Shown here piece by piece: positions 1 to 11,700 of a DNA stretch of 64,000 bases. The notes below the pieces were generated by a model. It searched no databases, was not told the DNA's origin, and was given only the letters and a program-made list of their open reading frames with translations. Position numbers and translations under genes: made by a program. Positions within the stretch are counted from its first letter, which is position 1. Every line of letters starts with the position of its first letter. Source of the stretch: Bugula neritina (lineage: Eukaryota > Animalia > Bryozoa); assembly GCA_964035545.1 (NCBI GenBank), contig OZ037765.1:5094698-5158697 (forward strand), written 5' to 3'.

Positions 1-2851
1 GTTTGTAAAGATGTTACAACAAAATCAAGGGCTTTTATGTTATTCATTTAAATTCAGCAACTACTATTGGATTAGCTCGGATGATGCAGGTCATGCTTGG
101 TTTAGCTTGAGGTAACTCCAGCTCCTGTAATAATCTGTAAAAGAAGTTCGGTTTCTGGGTTAGGGTATCCGCCTGCGGCGGCTCTCCGCAGTCTAAGATT
201 CTGGGCTAAGCACTCACTAGTACATGCTAAACACTCTTATTAAATTTTTCACCTATTCACAATCTCCCAGTATGCACACAAGCTCTATATTGTCAGAAAC
301 TCTGTATTCACACAAATTCTGTATCTTCAGTTTCTATACTCTATCTCACACACATTCTCATATTGTCTCACCTATTCTCACCTTTGTCCTGTTTGGGTAG
401 CGGTACACACTTTCCTATATTGTACTTTTGAAATTATTCCATGCGGACTACTTGTTACAATTGCTACATTCACTGATAAATGGAATTGTGCTGTCTATGA
501 AGGTAGATGCAGTAATAGAGAAATTAAGAAAAGCTTGTGTTCTAGATTAGAAATGTAGCATAAGAAGTTATGTTTTCACGAGGATTGCAACCCTCGTTTC
601 AAACCAAAAATTAATAACAAAATTTAAGAACTTAAGATATCTCAATTTCTCTGCTACTGCTCCTAAATGTGTTTATGAAGATAATAGCAAGAATAACTAT
701 CAAAATTAAAACCATGACAAAAAATGATGTCACTTAAAATTGGGTTTATCCTTTGAAAGCTTTTGCATAGAGAGACTTACAGTTTTATAAAGGCAAAGCT
801 AGTTATTAAGATGGTGGATAAATTCACTTTTTTTTAAAAGATCTAATAATATTGCTACAATGCTTATAGAATGGAAACTCTCGGAGTTTAGAAATAGAAA
901 TCAATGAAGTGCAAATATTGCAACCGTACAATGAAGCAGAACATATCTTTAATTTTCCTCTCCCGAGCACCACTTACACTGCCAGCTTTAAAGCTTCAAG
1001 AGAAGGCAGTTATGCTTTTTCTGAATCAGTCGCTTTTACAAGCCCTGATGGAGGTAGGCTATTTTAGTTTTGCTGTTTGTAAGCTGTACCGAGTACATTT
1101 GAGTAGGTAACATAATATTTTTATTTAATTTTATTTTTTAATATATTTAATATATTCAATAATTATAGGCACAGTCACTTGCAAAGAGTCACATCAATTT
1201 ATTTATGATAAAAACTTAACACTTTTAAATTGAAAATTATTGTTAATAAATGCAGTATACTAAGCTATGGCAGTTTTTGTAAAAAACTATCAACAATTTC
1301 GTCAACTGCTTTCTAGCAATGAATTAAGTAAACTTGTACTTGGTACAACTATCAACTTGCTGTTAATTATGCAAACTTGTATGAGTTGAAATAATGCATA
1401 AAAACAAAAAGAAGCTTATGACAAATTACTGAATGGGTTGATACACCCTCTTTAAAGCAATATGCCCTACCTATGAGATTTGATACACTGTTAAAAAATA
1501 ATTCTCTGCTGCTCAATCATAACCAAAAACTGAGGCGCGCCCCTTATGCCACTAGGCGGTCTAGCGCAATGTCACCATTGATGTAAGTTGATGTAAATAA
1601 CCAAAACTTAAAACAAATAATATATTCTATAAATCATATTTATATCAATGTGTTACAGATGTGTCATGAATACATATGTATAGAAACAGCCTGCAAGAGT
1701 AACAACTGCATATTATTAGGCCTTACAGAATTACAATTCTAAAACCTTTTAGACACAAAATTGCTTTATAGCCATTGAAATAAAACTAAACTCACCTGTG
1801 AAATTATTATTTCTTTTTTAGTAAAGAGATTAACAGCATCTGCTGTGAGTCATCACCTACCCACTTTGTTATGGTCTTTGGTTGTTCTGGTACCTATCCT
1901 ACTGCTATAGACATCTACGGGAGACAGGAAGTTGTTGCACAACTAAATGGTCTTTAGCAGTGAAATGTCCAAATCAATAATGTTAAAGTTGAATACAAGT
2001 TATACATGTAAATTATGTGATCAACATTTGTATTTTTATGTGAGCTGTGAACGTTATTTAAAAACCCACAAAATTTTGGTTGAGCTGAGATAAACATTGT
2101 ATTTTCGTTAAATGTTATATGTGCAAGTTTTGTTCCATGAATTATGCTTTTTCAATAAACAACTTTTCGAGAAGATAAAATGCGTTTTTTAAAAATAATG
2201 TTGGACTTTGTGAACAAAAAATCAGTCTTTGTTATATTATACTGGCATATTCAGTATTTGGAGCTGTGGAAGCATGCATCCCAGACTATTAATATTTCAT
2301 TCCAGCATTACTATGGCACAAACTTATAAAAGATGAATTTATAACTAATAGATAAATTTTGTATATGGTAATTATTTTAAGATATAAAATCTATGATAAA
2401 GATATTTTATTTGTAAGGAAAATTAAAGTTAAACCTCCCAAGCGTTATATCTTGGTTCAAAAAAGTTGTAACAATTAACACAACATACATTACATATACA
2501 TTACTGCAAAATAATGTTCTATCATGTGGATAAAATGAAGTGAAAATAATTCAGAGAAATATGGTAAATATGGAGCATAGCTTACAGAGCATTATAGTGG
2601 CTCTCAGCTAACATTATTAAGGGGGGGAGGGAGAGGGTTCGTTGCTAATATGCAGCTTCATTTCCTGGAGTTGTCAACTTTTTAATAATGTTCCTTTGCA
2701 ATACTGTGTCAAAGGCAGCTAGGAGTAAACAAAACTGCAGACTGCAAAGAGCACAGCAGAGAAAACAGGATAACTTATTTCAGTACCTTTGTGATTATTT
2801 TTTATTCTTTTGACTTTTTATCAATTTATCTCCAGTTATAAGGATATTCAA

Positions 2852-2993
2852 TAAAAGCCCGATGACAGCATATCTAACTATAAAGAACCGGACTAAACTA
2901 AACTTTTTATTTGTGATGAGTTATTACAAATAACAAAAAAAGTTTAATTTAGTCTAGTTCTTTGTGGTTAGATATGCTGTCATCGGGCTTTTA
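2852..2993. mobile_element. Small fold-back/MITE-like element (~142 bp) with long terminal inverted repeats
   Basis: taaaagcccgatgacagcatatctaac (from 2852) is the exact reverse complement of gttagatatgctgtcatcgggctttta (to 2993); imperfect pairing continues inward to about 55 bp per arm. Confidence 0.7.
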
Positions 2994-3638
2994 ATAAAAT
3001 ATAGAAAGCAAATACAACTGCAAAGAGCATTGAACTATAATTACAGTATATTGTAATAGAACAAACAAAATTAGGTCTACATTATATTAGTACTTTTATG
3101 ATAGCCACTAGGTAGTCTAACAAAAATGAAATCACACAAAATTGCTGAAAATATCAGGTAGGTGCTTCCTAGAGCACACAACTCCTAAATAAGTTTATTT
3201 TTACACAATATCTCACAAACCTTAAACTTGCAAAATAAAAGTAAATGAACGACACTAAGCTAGTTAACAGTATAAAAGCTGCATTTTAACAAGTCAACTA
3301 TATTTTACAGCAAAGCTTAAAAATATAACATATATAAACTTGCTTTTGACTAATTTTAAAAGAACCATATGTGTCATAAACAATTATTGAAAACTCCAGC
3401 TTTTAATAGAAAGTATTTTTACCACACAATAACGATTTTGTGTTTTCAAACAATACAAGAAAAAAAATCAACATTTTTAAACTAAATTGTTATTTTTTAT
3501 AGTTACCAACAGCATGAATAATTTAATAAAAACACTATGAGCTAAATACTTGTAGTACAAGTGTATTCTAGCAGTGAGCTAAATAGTTCCAGCAAGACAT
3601 GCAGCTCTCATTAATGCAGCAGAATGTAACATGAGTCA

Positions 3639-6301
3639 TCAAGTAGCCTCTGCTGTTCCCAATGTCCTTGGAGTTACGGGCATAGACAGGCCTGCCATTT
3701 CTGTAGACTGAGGATTTACAACATCTGAGGGGCTACAGTCGTACCCCAACTTCTTCATGTCTTTAGTAATGATATTGAATGTGACCGTGACATAGCCTTG
3801 AGATCGCACTCTGGTAACTGCAACATTGTAGTTGGACATACAGTAAATGTTTTAAATAATGTCTGCAAGTAATTTTTTCTAATGAAGGTTGGTAATAATA
3901 AGTTATAGATACATTCGAAATATATTCTTTACACTGATTGCCATAAACCAGATGCAACTCTATATCAGGCCATGTATAGTATTTTTCAGCAAAGAAAGTT
4001 GTTTTTATGCCAATACTTTAGATTTTTCAACATGAAAACCATTAAAACCTTATGAAAACAAACAAATCCTGTAAGCGTTGTTTCAAGAGCAAATCTTATA
4101 TATTTTGGTGCACAGCACAAGTAATAAATTTACTGGAAATGTATTTCTATGACTCAGCAAACAAAGAAAAATGTCTATTTGTTTCATTATAACCTGAAAA
4201 ATTCAATTGTCCTTCTTCATTATTAGTCTTTAAAATTCAGATTTATTGTCGTTGAAGCAGTAGTGTAATTAATCATTGCATAACTCCATTGGTAAAGCAA
4301 AACAGAAAATAGCACAGCATGAAAATTAAACAAAACGTTAAACATTATTTTGTGACTTTATACTACATTCACTGAACTAATATACAAGCAGAAACACTCT
4401 CAACTTAATATATACAGATTTGTTTATCAAACCTTCTCTCCCTTCGCCCTGAGCCACCACTTTCTGATCAACATATTCTGGACGTCTGCCAATTATCCAG
4501 CTGATGAACTTCTGAAACTTGGAGGTGGATTCAGGAACAAACATGGGTATCCTTCTGGTATGTCTTCAACATATGCATATGTTGAAGTTACCACACAGGA
4601 TACACACTAAATGTGTTTGTGTAATATGTTAAATTATGTATTGGAAAACAAACGCAGAAGGTACATAGAGTAGTAAAGAAATAGCCATACCACTGTAGCA
4701 ATTATAAAAACAATATATTTTATCAATTAAATATTAATAAGTTGAGCAAAAGTAAATTAGCTTGAAAAACCATCCGATTATCAATCATGAAAAGACAATT
4801 TTAGTTGCATATAGTTTTACTAAGTAATGAAATCTAATAAACATAATAGTCTACCTGCCAGGAGTTGTGGGTAGATGGCATGCACCATAACCCCGCACGA
4901 CGCCTTTACCAAACATGTCTAACCCATACACACTCAGCACCAGCTGCGGCCCTGTGGAATAACAGGAGACAATGATGACTAAAGAAACAAATTTGATGGG
5001 TAGAGATCAAATTGAAATAGTGTGTAATAATATAGCAGAATGCAAGACAATACTTACAAAATGAATAAATGAGAGTTTAGAAAAACTTCAGTAATATTCA
5101 ACAGGAGTAATAATTAGTAACATAACAGTAAAAACATACATCCATAAGGATTTGTGCTTTTAAAGGTAACATCTAAAGGAAAATTCCAAATGAAGATTTG
5201 TCGATCATCTGTACTCTTTTTAGCTGATTGAGTGAACCCTTCCTCTAGCCCCTGAATAACATACACAATATGCTAATACATGTTGGTGCACTTAGCAACA
5301 AAACAGACAACCTGCAATATTTAACCGGGTAAAGATTCAGCAACAAATTGTTAAACTCTAAATATCACATGTGGTTCAGTTTAGCCTGCGTCTAATTAGC
5401 AAAGACATTAAATTTAATGATCTTTTTGGGAAGAAATTTATCAGATGTCTAAAATGTTGAACCAGATGTAAACACTTACTGTTGTGATGACCCAGTCTTG
5501 TCCATATGTAAAGCAGTACTTGCAGTAAATGTCATCAAACTCAGGAAACTACAAAAAAATGATTGGCTACCTGTAGTGTGATCGAAAAATCACAATAACA
5601 TGATGATTATTATTGAAAAAAGCATCTTTACAGACTTGAAGTTACACACTACACAGACATTGAAACTTTTGATAATATCTACATTAAAACATATGCTTAG
5701 ATGCTAACAGCACTTCCATTAACAGTCATGATGAGTAATAGCAGTAGCCTAATAACAAAAAACAGCACATCTTACGAGTTAATAATGTTGTGCATTGTTC
5801 ACATTGTATAAAAATAATTTAAAAGTAAATTCTAAATGCCTATAAAGATGACGCAATTATAATAATTATCATGTATTGCAACTGAAAACTAAACAAAAGC
5901 AATTTATTTCTTGTTTAAATTGTTCAATATCTGTTTTTAGTTATTCCATATTTTACAGTAAACTAAAGTGATAGTAATAACGTAGGCAATATTTAATTGC
6001 AGTTTAGTAACTAAAATGCAATTCAGATCAGATGTAAAACTTTCTAAACTCTTAGAGTTATACTAGTAGTAATACTGATACTCGGTCTCATTGTCATTCA
6101 TGATTCACTCATTGTGATTTTAAATTTAAAGCGTTTAGCAAAGCACATAACATTAAATTGCTTTCAGAATACAAGTTTACTTAACTCAATTAAAATATTA
6201 TAAAAACTACACTTATACATTAAACTAAACTGAAATACCTCAGCAGTTTCTATTTGCCCTCCCAGCATAACCAAAAACACAGAATTTGTGCCGACCGCCA
6301 T
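3639..6301 (-). CDS. B9D1: B9 domain-containing protein 1 (MKS-module ciliary transition-zone protein), 6 coding exons
   Basis: Exons 6301-6239, 5548-5480, 5251-5140, 4951-4855, 4563-4433, 3817-3639 all have GT-AG boundaries and consistent phases. Spliced product: [165 protein letters not shown]..., which matches recalled B9D1 motifs ([34 protein letters not shown]). Confidence 0.95.
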
Positions 6302-6314
6302 GTTGGCTTCTATT

Positions 6315-6360
6315 GTTACCTCGCAATACCACCTAACTACAAAGCGTACTAGATTGGCTA
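6315..6360 (-). promoter_or_regulatory. Candidate RFX X-box-like site and CCAAT box upstream of the B9D1 start codon
   Basis: On the minus strand, ATTGCG-A-GGTAAC (6327-6315) has one perfect X-box half-site; AGCCAATC lies at about 6359-6352. Ciliary genes are commonly RFX targets. Confidence 0.35.
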
Positions 6361-7417
6361 CTGAACACCCAACTAATTTTGATAAAAACAAGTTAAAACT
6401 TTAGCCCGCTAAATACGCTTGCGTTTTCCGGTTTAAAAACATGTGCAGGAAGTTGATGCAAAATAAAACCTTCGGAGTGACGAGCTGCTCGAGTCTATTT
6501 TTCAACACAGTTATGCGAGAAAGTGTGTTGCACATTTTATTAGATGTAAAAAGATCATTGCTTTAAAATAATAATGATTGAGTGATAATTACAATATTCA
6601 AGCTCATACTTAAGTTCACTTTCAATCGCGTAAAACTCAAACTGAAAAAATCAGAATGAGAATCAGAATGATTATGATCACTTGGTGGACTCTCAGTCCG
6701 AGTCTCCTAGTCCTGGCTTACACTTACAGTTAATGTTATGGTTCATTTTTTGTTTACTCATTAATAATTAATTATTATTGTTAACTGAGCATTGTATCCC
6801 GTTTTAAAATAAGTAACTATCATTATTTAAAATTAATAATTTGATGACTACACTTAGTCTTACTCCTAATTTTACTAAACCATTCACCTTCAATTTTGTA
6901 ATTAATAACTTTCAGTTAGTGTTACACTCACTCTAACTTTGACTTTGAATTTTGGTCTTATCAACATTATAACCCAATTATGATTGGGTGACCATGATTA
7001 CTGATCAGGTAAATAATTTTCTTGTGCCAGATAAAGTTCAAAATGAAGATAATAAAAGAAAAACTGTAGCATTCTGAGTTTTCTATTCTATTGCACGATT
7101 ATTAATTTGTATACACATAATGATAATCCAATAGATTCTGATTAATGCCTAATTTATATTTTGAATTATTCTAGAGATTGTATGCACCTTGTGTTCAAGA
7201 GTTATTTGCGTTGATTCAAGCAACTATCTGCTGCTTACATTATAACCATTAGGAGCAGTAATGGAGAAATTGAAATAGCCTAAGTTCTTTAATTTTTTTT
7301 TATAAATTTTTTGCTACTTTTCTAATCTAAAACATAGGCTTTTCTCAATTTCTCTATTGCTGCACCTACCTCATTATAACACAGATATCTTGCTAATGTA
7401 GGGGCTGTACACCATGG

Positions 7418-7722
7418 TGTGGTGGTTCGTGGAACTACCAGCAGCACGACATGTAGGGTCGCGTAATTGACCCGGAACAATGGATAGCCAATTAGCGTAG
7501 TTGATAGTTAGCAGCAATTGTAGTTTCCCGCTGCTAACTCAGTCGAAGCTAGAGTGTGAAATAGATTAGATGTGTAACTTGTTTGGAGATAATGTATCGT
7601 TTTTATAATGTATAATTGTGTGTAAAATATACTCGTTCACTCGACTTATCCTGGTGCAGTTCTATAGTAAATAAATAGACTCTCTGGATAGCACATCAAC
7701 CCTAAATCTGAAAATCTTAACA
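7418..7722 (+). repeat. 5' LTR (305 bp)
   Basis: TGTGGTGGTTCG...AATCTTAACA; no differences from 14606-14910 seen by eye; contains AATAAA near 7670. Confidence 0.97.
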
Positions 7723-7723
7723 G

Positions 7724-7741
7724 TGGTGGCAGCAGTGGGAT
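7724..7741 (+). other. Primer binding site, tRNA-Leu type
   Basis: TGGTGGCAGCAGTGGGAT begins 1 nt after the LTR and is complementary, with at most one mismatch, to the eukaryotic tRNA-Leu 3' end (...AUCCCACYGCUGCCACCA). Confidence 0.8.
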
Positions 7742-7753
7742 AGTGCATCCAAG

Positions 7754-8707
7754 ATGGAGACTGAAAATGCTGGAACTCAACCACCGGCAATCGAAGGTGA
7801 GCGTAGAGACAATGCTGTAGAGACAATGCCTGTTAACCATGTAGTAGAAGAGCGAAGGGTTCCGCGAGAACTAGCTGAGGACCGCTACAGGTTAAAGGCG
7901 CCCACCTTCACGGGTGAAGAGGAGGTGGAACAGTTTATCCAAGAGTTTAGCGACGTAATGGACGTCGCTCAGTGGCCCCCTAGGGTGGCCTTGCTGAAGC
8001 TTAGAATGGCATTGATGGACAAAGCCAAGCCCTATGGGCTGGGCGTAGACATTGATAATATCTTTGCTTCTCTGCGGGCCCGCTTTGGCCTCTCTGCTAC
8101 AGATGCCAGGGCCCGATTGCAGAGGTTGCGGCGTGATCCCCGCACCCCGCTGCGGGAGCATGCCGCCGCGGTCATGAAGCTGGCACAGATCGCGTACAGC
8201 GACTTGCCCCCAGTCAACCGCGAGAGGTATACCCTCGACGCTTTCATAGCATCTGTCGACGATCTGGGTCTCCACCACCAGTTTCTAGCTAAGGGAGTCA
8301 CCACCGTTGAAGATGCTCTGACTGAGGGGGAAGCTTACCTCCTAGCTAATCAAATGCATAAAAGTCGCGGAAGCTCCCGCCAAGTGGAGATAGACCGCGC
8401 AGACACGGCCGCGGGACAAGGGGAGGAAACCCCCGCCGCGGCTGCCGTGTCCCAGTTGGCGACGGCATCAAAAGTCACTCAACTGACGGACATGCTAGCC
8501 AAGCTGATAGCAACACTGACACCACAAAACCCAGTGAGTACCGCCCCTGAGCCCATGCGGCCATCGGCGCCGCCACAGGGAGAAACGGTCAGTTTTTGCT
8601 GGGAGTGCGGAAATCAAGGGCATTTCCGCCGATATTGTCCCTTCCTAAATCAGGGGTTAAACTACCGCGGCCCGCAGATGTTCCCACCTTCCGCGGGCCG
8701 ACGATGA
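7754..8707 (+). CDS. gag: Retrotransposon Gag (317 aa) with capsid-like region and one CCHC zinc knuckle
   Basis: Starts just after the PBS; KAPTFTGEEEVEQFIQEF...W is a capsid-type motif; CWECGNQGHFRRYC fits CX2CX4HX4C. Confidence 0.92.
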   Translation: METENAGTQPPAIEGERRDNAVETMPVNHVVEERRVPRELAEDRYRLKAPTFTGEEEVEQFIQEFSDVMDVAQWPPRVALLKLRMALMDKAKPYGLGVDIDNIFASLRARFGLSATDARARLQRLRRDPRTPLREHAAAVMKLAQIAYSDLPPVNRERYTLDAFIASVDDLGLHHQFLAKGVTTVEDALTEGEAYLLANQMHKSRGSSRQVEIDRADTAAGQGEETPAAAAVSQLATASKVTQLTDMLAKLIATLTPQNPVSTAPEPMRPSAPPQGETVSFCWECGNQGHFRRYCPFLNQGLNYRGPQMFPPSAGRR

Positions 8708-11700
8708 AACCTCCAGGGAAGAAGAAACGCAGGTCACCCAGACGGGTACCGCGTACTGGCAACCAACAGTGGCAACAGCCACGACGGACCAGCAAGGGGC
8801 TTCGCCCCGCAGCTGCCTTTTCTATGCCCCTTCACAACAGATTCACAGGGCTACAAGTCCAAGAATCTGGATGGGAGCCCACAAAGGTAGCTGAGAATCT
8901 AGCCTCGGCACCCCCGAGGCCTACCTACCACCGCCCTAAGAGACCTCCTTCGCGACCCAAAGCGAGGGAGGTACTCCCTGCGAGAGTAAGGCCTGAAGGG
9001 AGAGTTCAGGTGCAGCCCCATGGGAACAGCTATTTCTTGCCCGGTAAACTGGAAGGCAAAGCTGTTACTTTCCTCATTGATTCGGGCTGTACCACAAACC
9101 TCTTAAGCCGCCAACTCTTCGACACCCTCAGTACTAGGGTCAGGGGCGAGATGGAAGCATACGAAGGGGAATACGGCACCCTCGCTGACGGGTCGTGCCT
9201 TCCCTTCTATGGTATAATTGAGCTGACGGGACGAGTCTGTGATCAAACGATCCAAGAGACGTTCATCGTCAGTCAGCTCAAGGAGGATGCTATCCTCGGG
9301 ATGCCGTTCCTTAAACGGCACGGATGTCACATAGATTTTAGCAGATCTGCAATGATGATGTCCGGGCGGGAACTCGCCTGCGTCGACAAGTTCGGCCGCC
9401 CTTTAGTGGGAGGTGTGCAAGTGGTACGCAACCGTATCATACCAGGCCGCTCCCGGGCTACCATTCACTGCAGGGTGAATAGTAGCCGGATCTCTGGACT
9501 CGGGGTGGTTGAAGGCGCGCACGAAAAGATCCAACTTGCCAGCAGTCTGAATCAGCTGACTGAGCAAGGGGAGATCTTAGTGCAGTGCGTCAACCCCTTT
9601 ACCGAGCCTATCAAGCTCCCGGCTGGGTCGATGCTGGGCCGTTTTCACTCTGTTCAGGAGGGAGACGTAGGCCCGTCGCTGGGTGATGCGACGGAGGCAC
9701 CCCCTCAGTGCCCTATTCAGGGACGAGGGGCAGTCCCAACACATCTCCGGGAGTTATACGAAACAGCCAGTGGCGGCTGCGCGAGTAACAGAGAACGCCA
9801 AGCTATGGCCAAGTTACTACGCGACTACGGTGATGTGTTCAGCAGCGGAGAGCATGACGTGGGACTGACTGGAATTGTCAGACACGAAATACCGCTGACT
9901 GCAGGGACAGTCCCTGTCCGGCAGCCCACACGCAGGCTGGGGCCGGAGAAAGAGAAGGAGGTTAGCCGACAAGTACGGGATCTTCTGGACCGGGGACTGA
10001 TAGAGCCCGTCCATAGTGCGTGGAGCTCGCCAGTCGTACTGGTCCGGAAGAAAGACGGCAGTTGGCGGTTCTGTGTGGACTACCGCAAACTCAATAGCGT
10101 AACCATACAGGACGCCTACCCTCTACCTCGTATTGACGAGTCATTGGACGCCCTAGCCGGCAGCAAGTACTTCAGTACGTTAGACTTGCTAAGCGGCTAT
10201 TGGCAGGTTCCTCTGAGTCCCGACGCCCAAGAGAAAGCGGCGTTTATCACACGGGACGGTTTGTGGAAGTGGAAGGTGCTGCCCTTCGGGTTAACCTCCG
10301 CCCCAGCCACCTTCCAGAGGCTGATGGAACAAGTCCTTAGCGGACTCCATTGGAAGACACTGCTGGTCTACCTCGATGATGTCATCGTAATCTCTCCAGA
10401 CTTCGAGACACATGTCAGTCGTCTGCAGGAGGTTTTCGAGAGACTCCGAGGTGCCGGTCTTAAGCTCAAACCTTCCAAGTGCGCTCTATTGCAGCCGGAG
10501 GTCAAGTATCTGGGGCACGTTGTCGGTCGAAACGGCGTGGCAACGGATCCCGAAAAGGTACGGGCAGTAGAAGACTGGGTCACCCCCCAAGACTTGACCG
10601 GACTCCGGGCTTTCTTGGGGCTGGTAGGGTATTACAGGCAATACATACCAGACTTTGCGGGCATAGCCCAGCCGTTAAACCGGCTCACCGCAAAGGGAGT
10701 GACGTGGCAGTGGACTCCAGTCGAACAAGAAGCGTTCGACCGCCTCAAGGGCTGCCTACTAACGGCGCCCATCTTGGCCTACCCAGACCCCACTCTGGAG
10801 TACATCCTAGACACGGACGCCAGTGACCAAAATGTTGGCGCTGTGCTGTCACAAGTGCAGGAAGGCCGAGAGGTAGTAGTAGCCTACTACAGCAAGTCTC
10901 TCTCACCCGCTGAACGAAATTACTGCACTACCCGCAAGGAGCTGCTGGCAGTAATCAAGTCAGTGAAGCACTTCAGACCATACCTATATGGCAGGAAGTT
11001 CCGGCTGCGTACGGATCATGCCTCGCTGATCTGGTTGTGCAGGAGAGCAGAGCCCTCTAGTCAGGTCGCCCGGTGGCTCGAAATCCTAGCTGAATTCTCA
11101 TACCGGATCGAACATCGACCGGGCAAGAGACACAGCAATGCGGATGGGTTGAGTCGCCGACCTGACGGAGGTTGCAAACAGTGTCTCAACATCGAGAGGA
11201 GGGATGGAGGTCCCCCACGATGCGAGTTGGAGACGCTGGCTCATCACGGAGCACCGTTTGACTGGGATCAAGGTCAACTCCGGCAAAGAGTTGATGAGTC
11301 CCCGGAGGATGTACAAAACCTCCGCGCCAACCCTGTACTGGCCGGTAATGTTCGAGAGCTGAAGAAGCTCCAAGAAGAGCTGCCTGGAGTCGTGGCAGAC
11401 ATATACCGGGCCAAAAGGGAAGGGCGACGACCCAGCGAGGAACGCATACGACAGGGATGCGCCGAGTTCCGGCTATACTGTCAGCGTTGGGACTCGCTGC
11501 GGATCGGGCAGGATGGGTTGCTAACCATCTCTCTAGCTGCCAGCGGCAGACACCCGGAAAGGAAGAGGGTAGTCTGCCCCACAGCCATCCGCCGTGAGTT
11601 GATTTGGGATACTCACAAGCAGGCCCACGCAGGGGTCAAGCGAGTGATGTCCAAATTACGACTCCGGTGGTATTGGCCGCAGATGGAGCGTGACGTCCGG

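Noticed and set aside
45-205. ~53-codon open frame on the minus strand (PRILDCGEPPQ...)
   Set aside because: No recognisable homology or clear gene context within the window.
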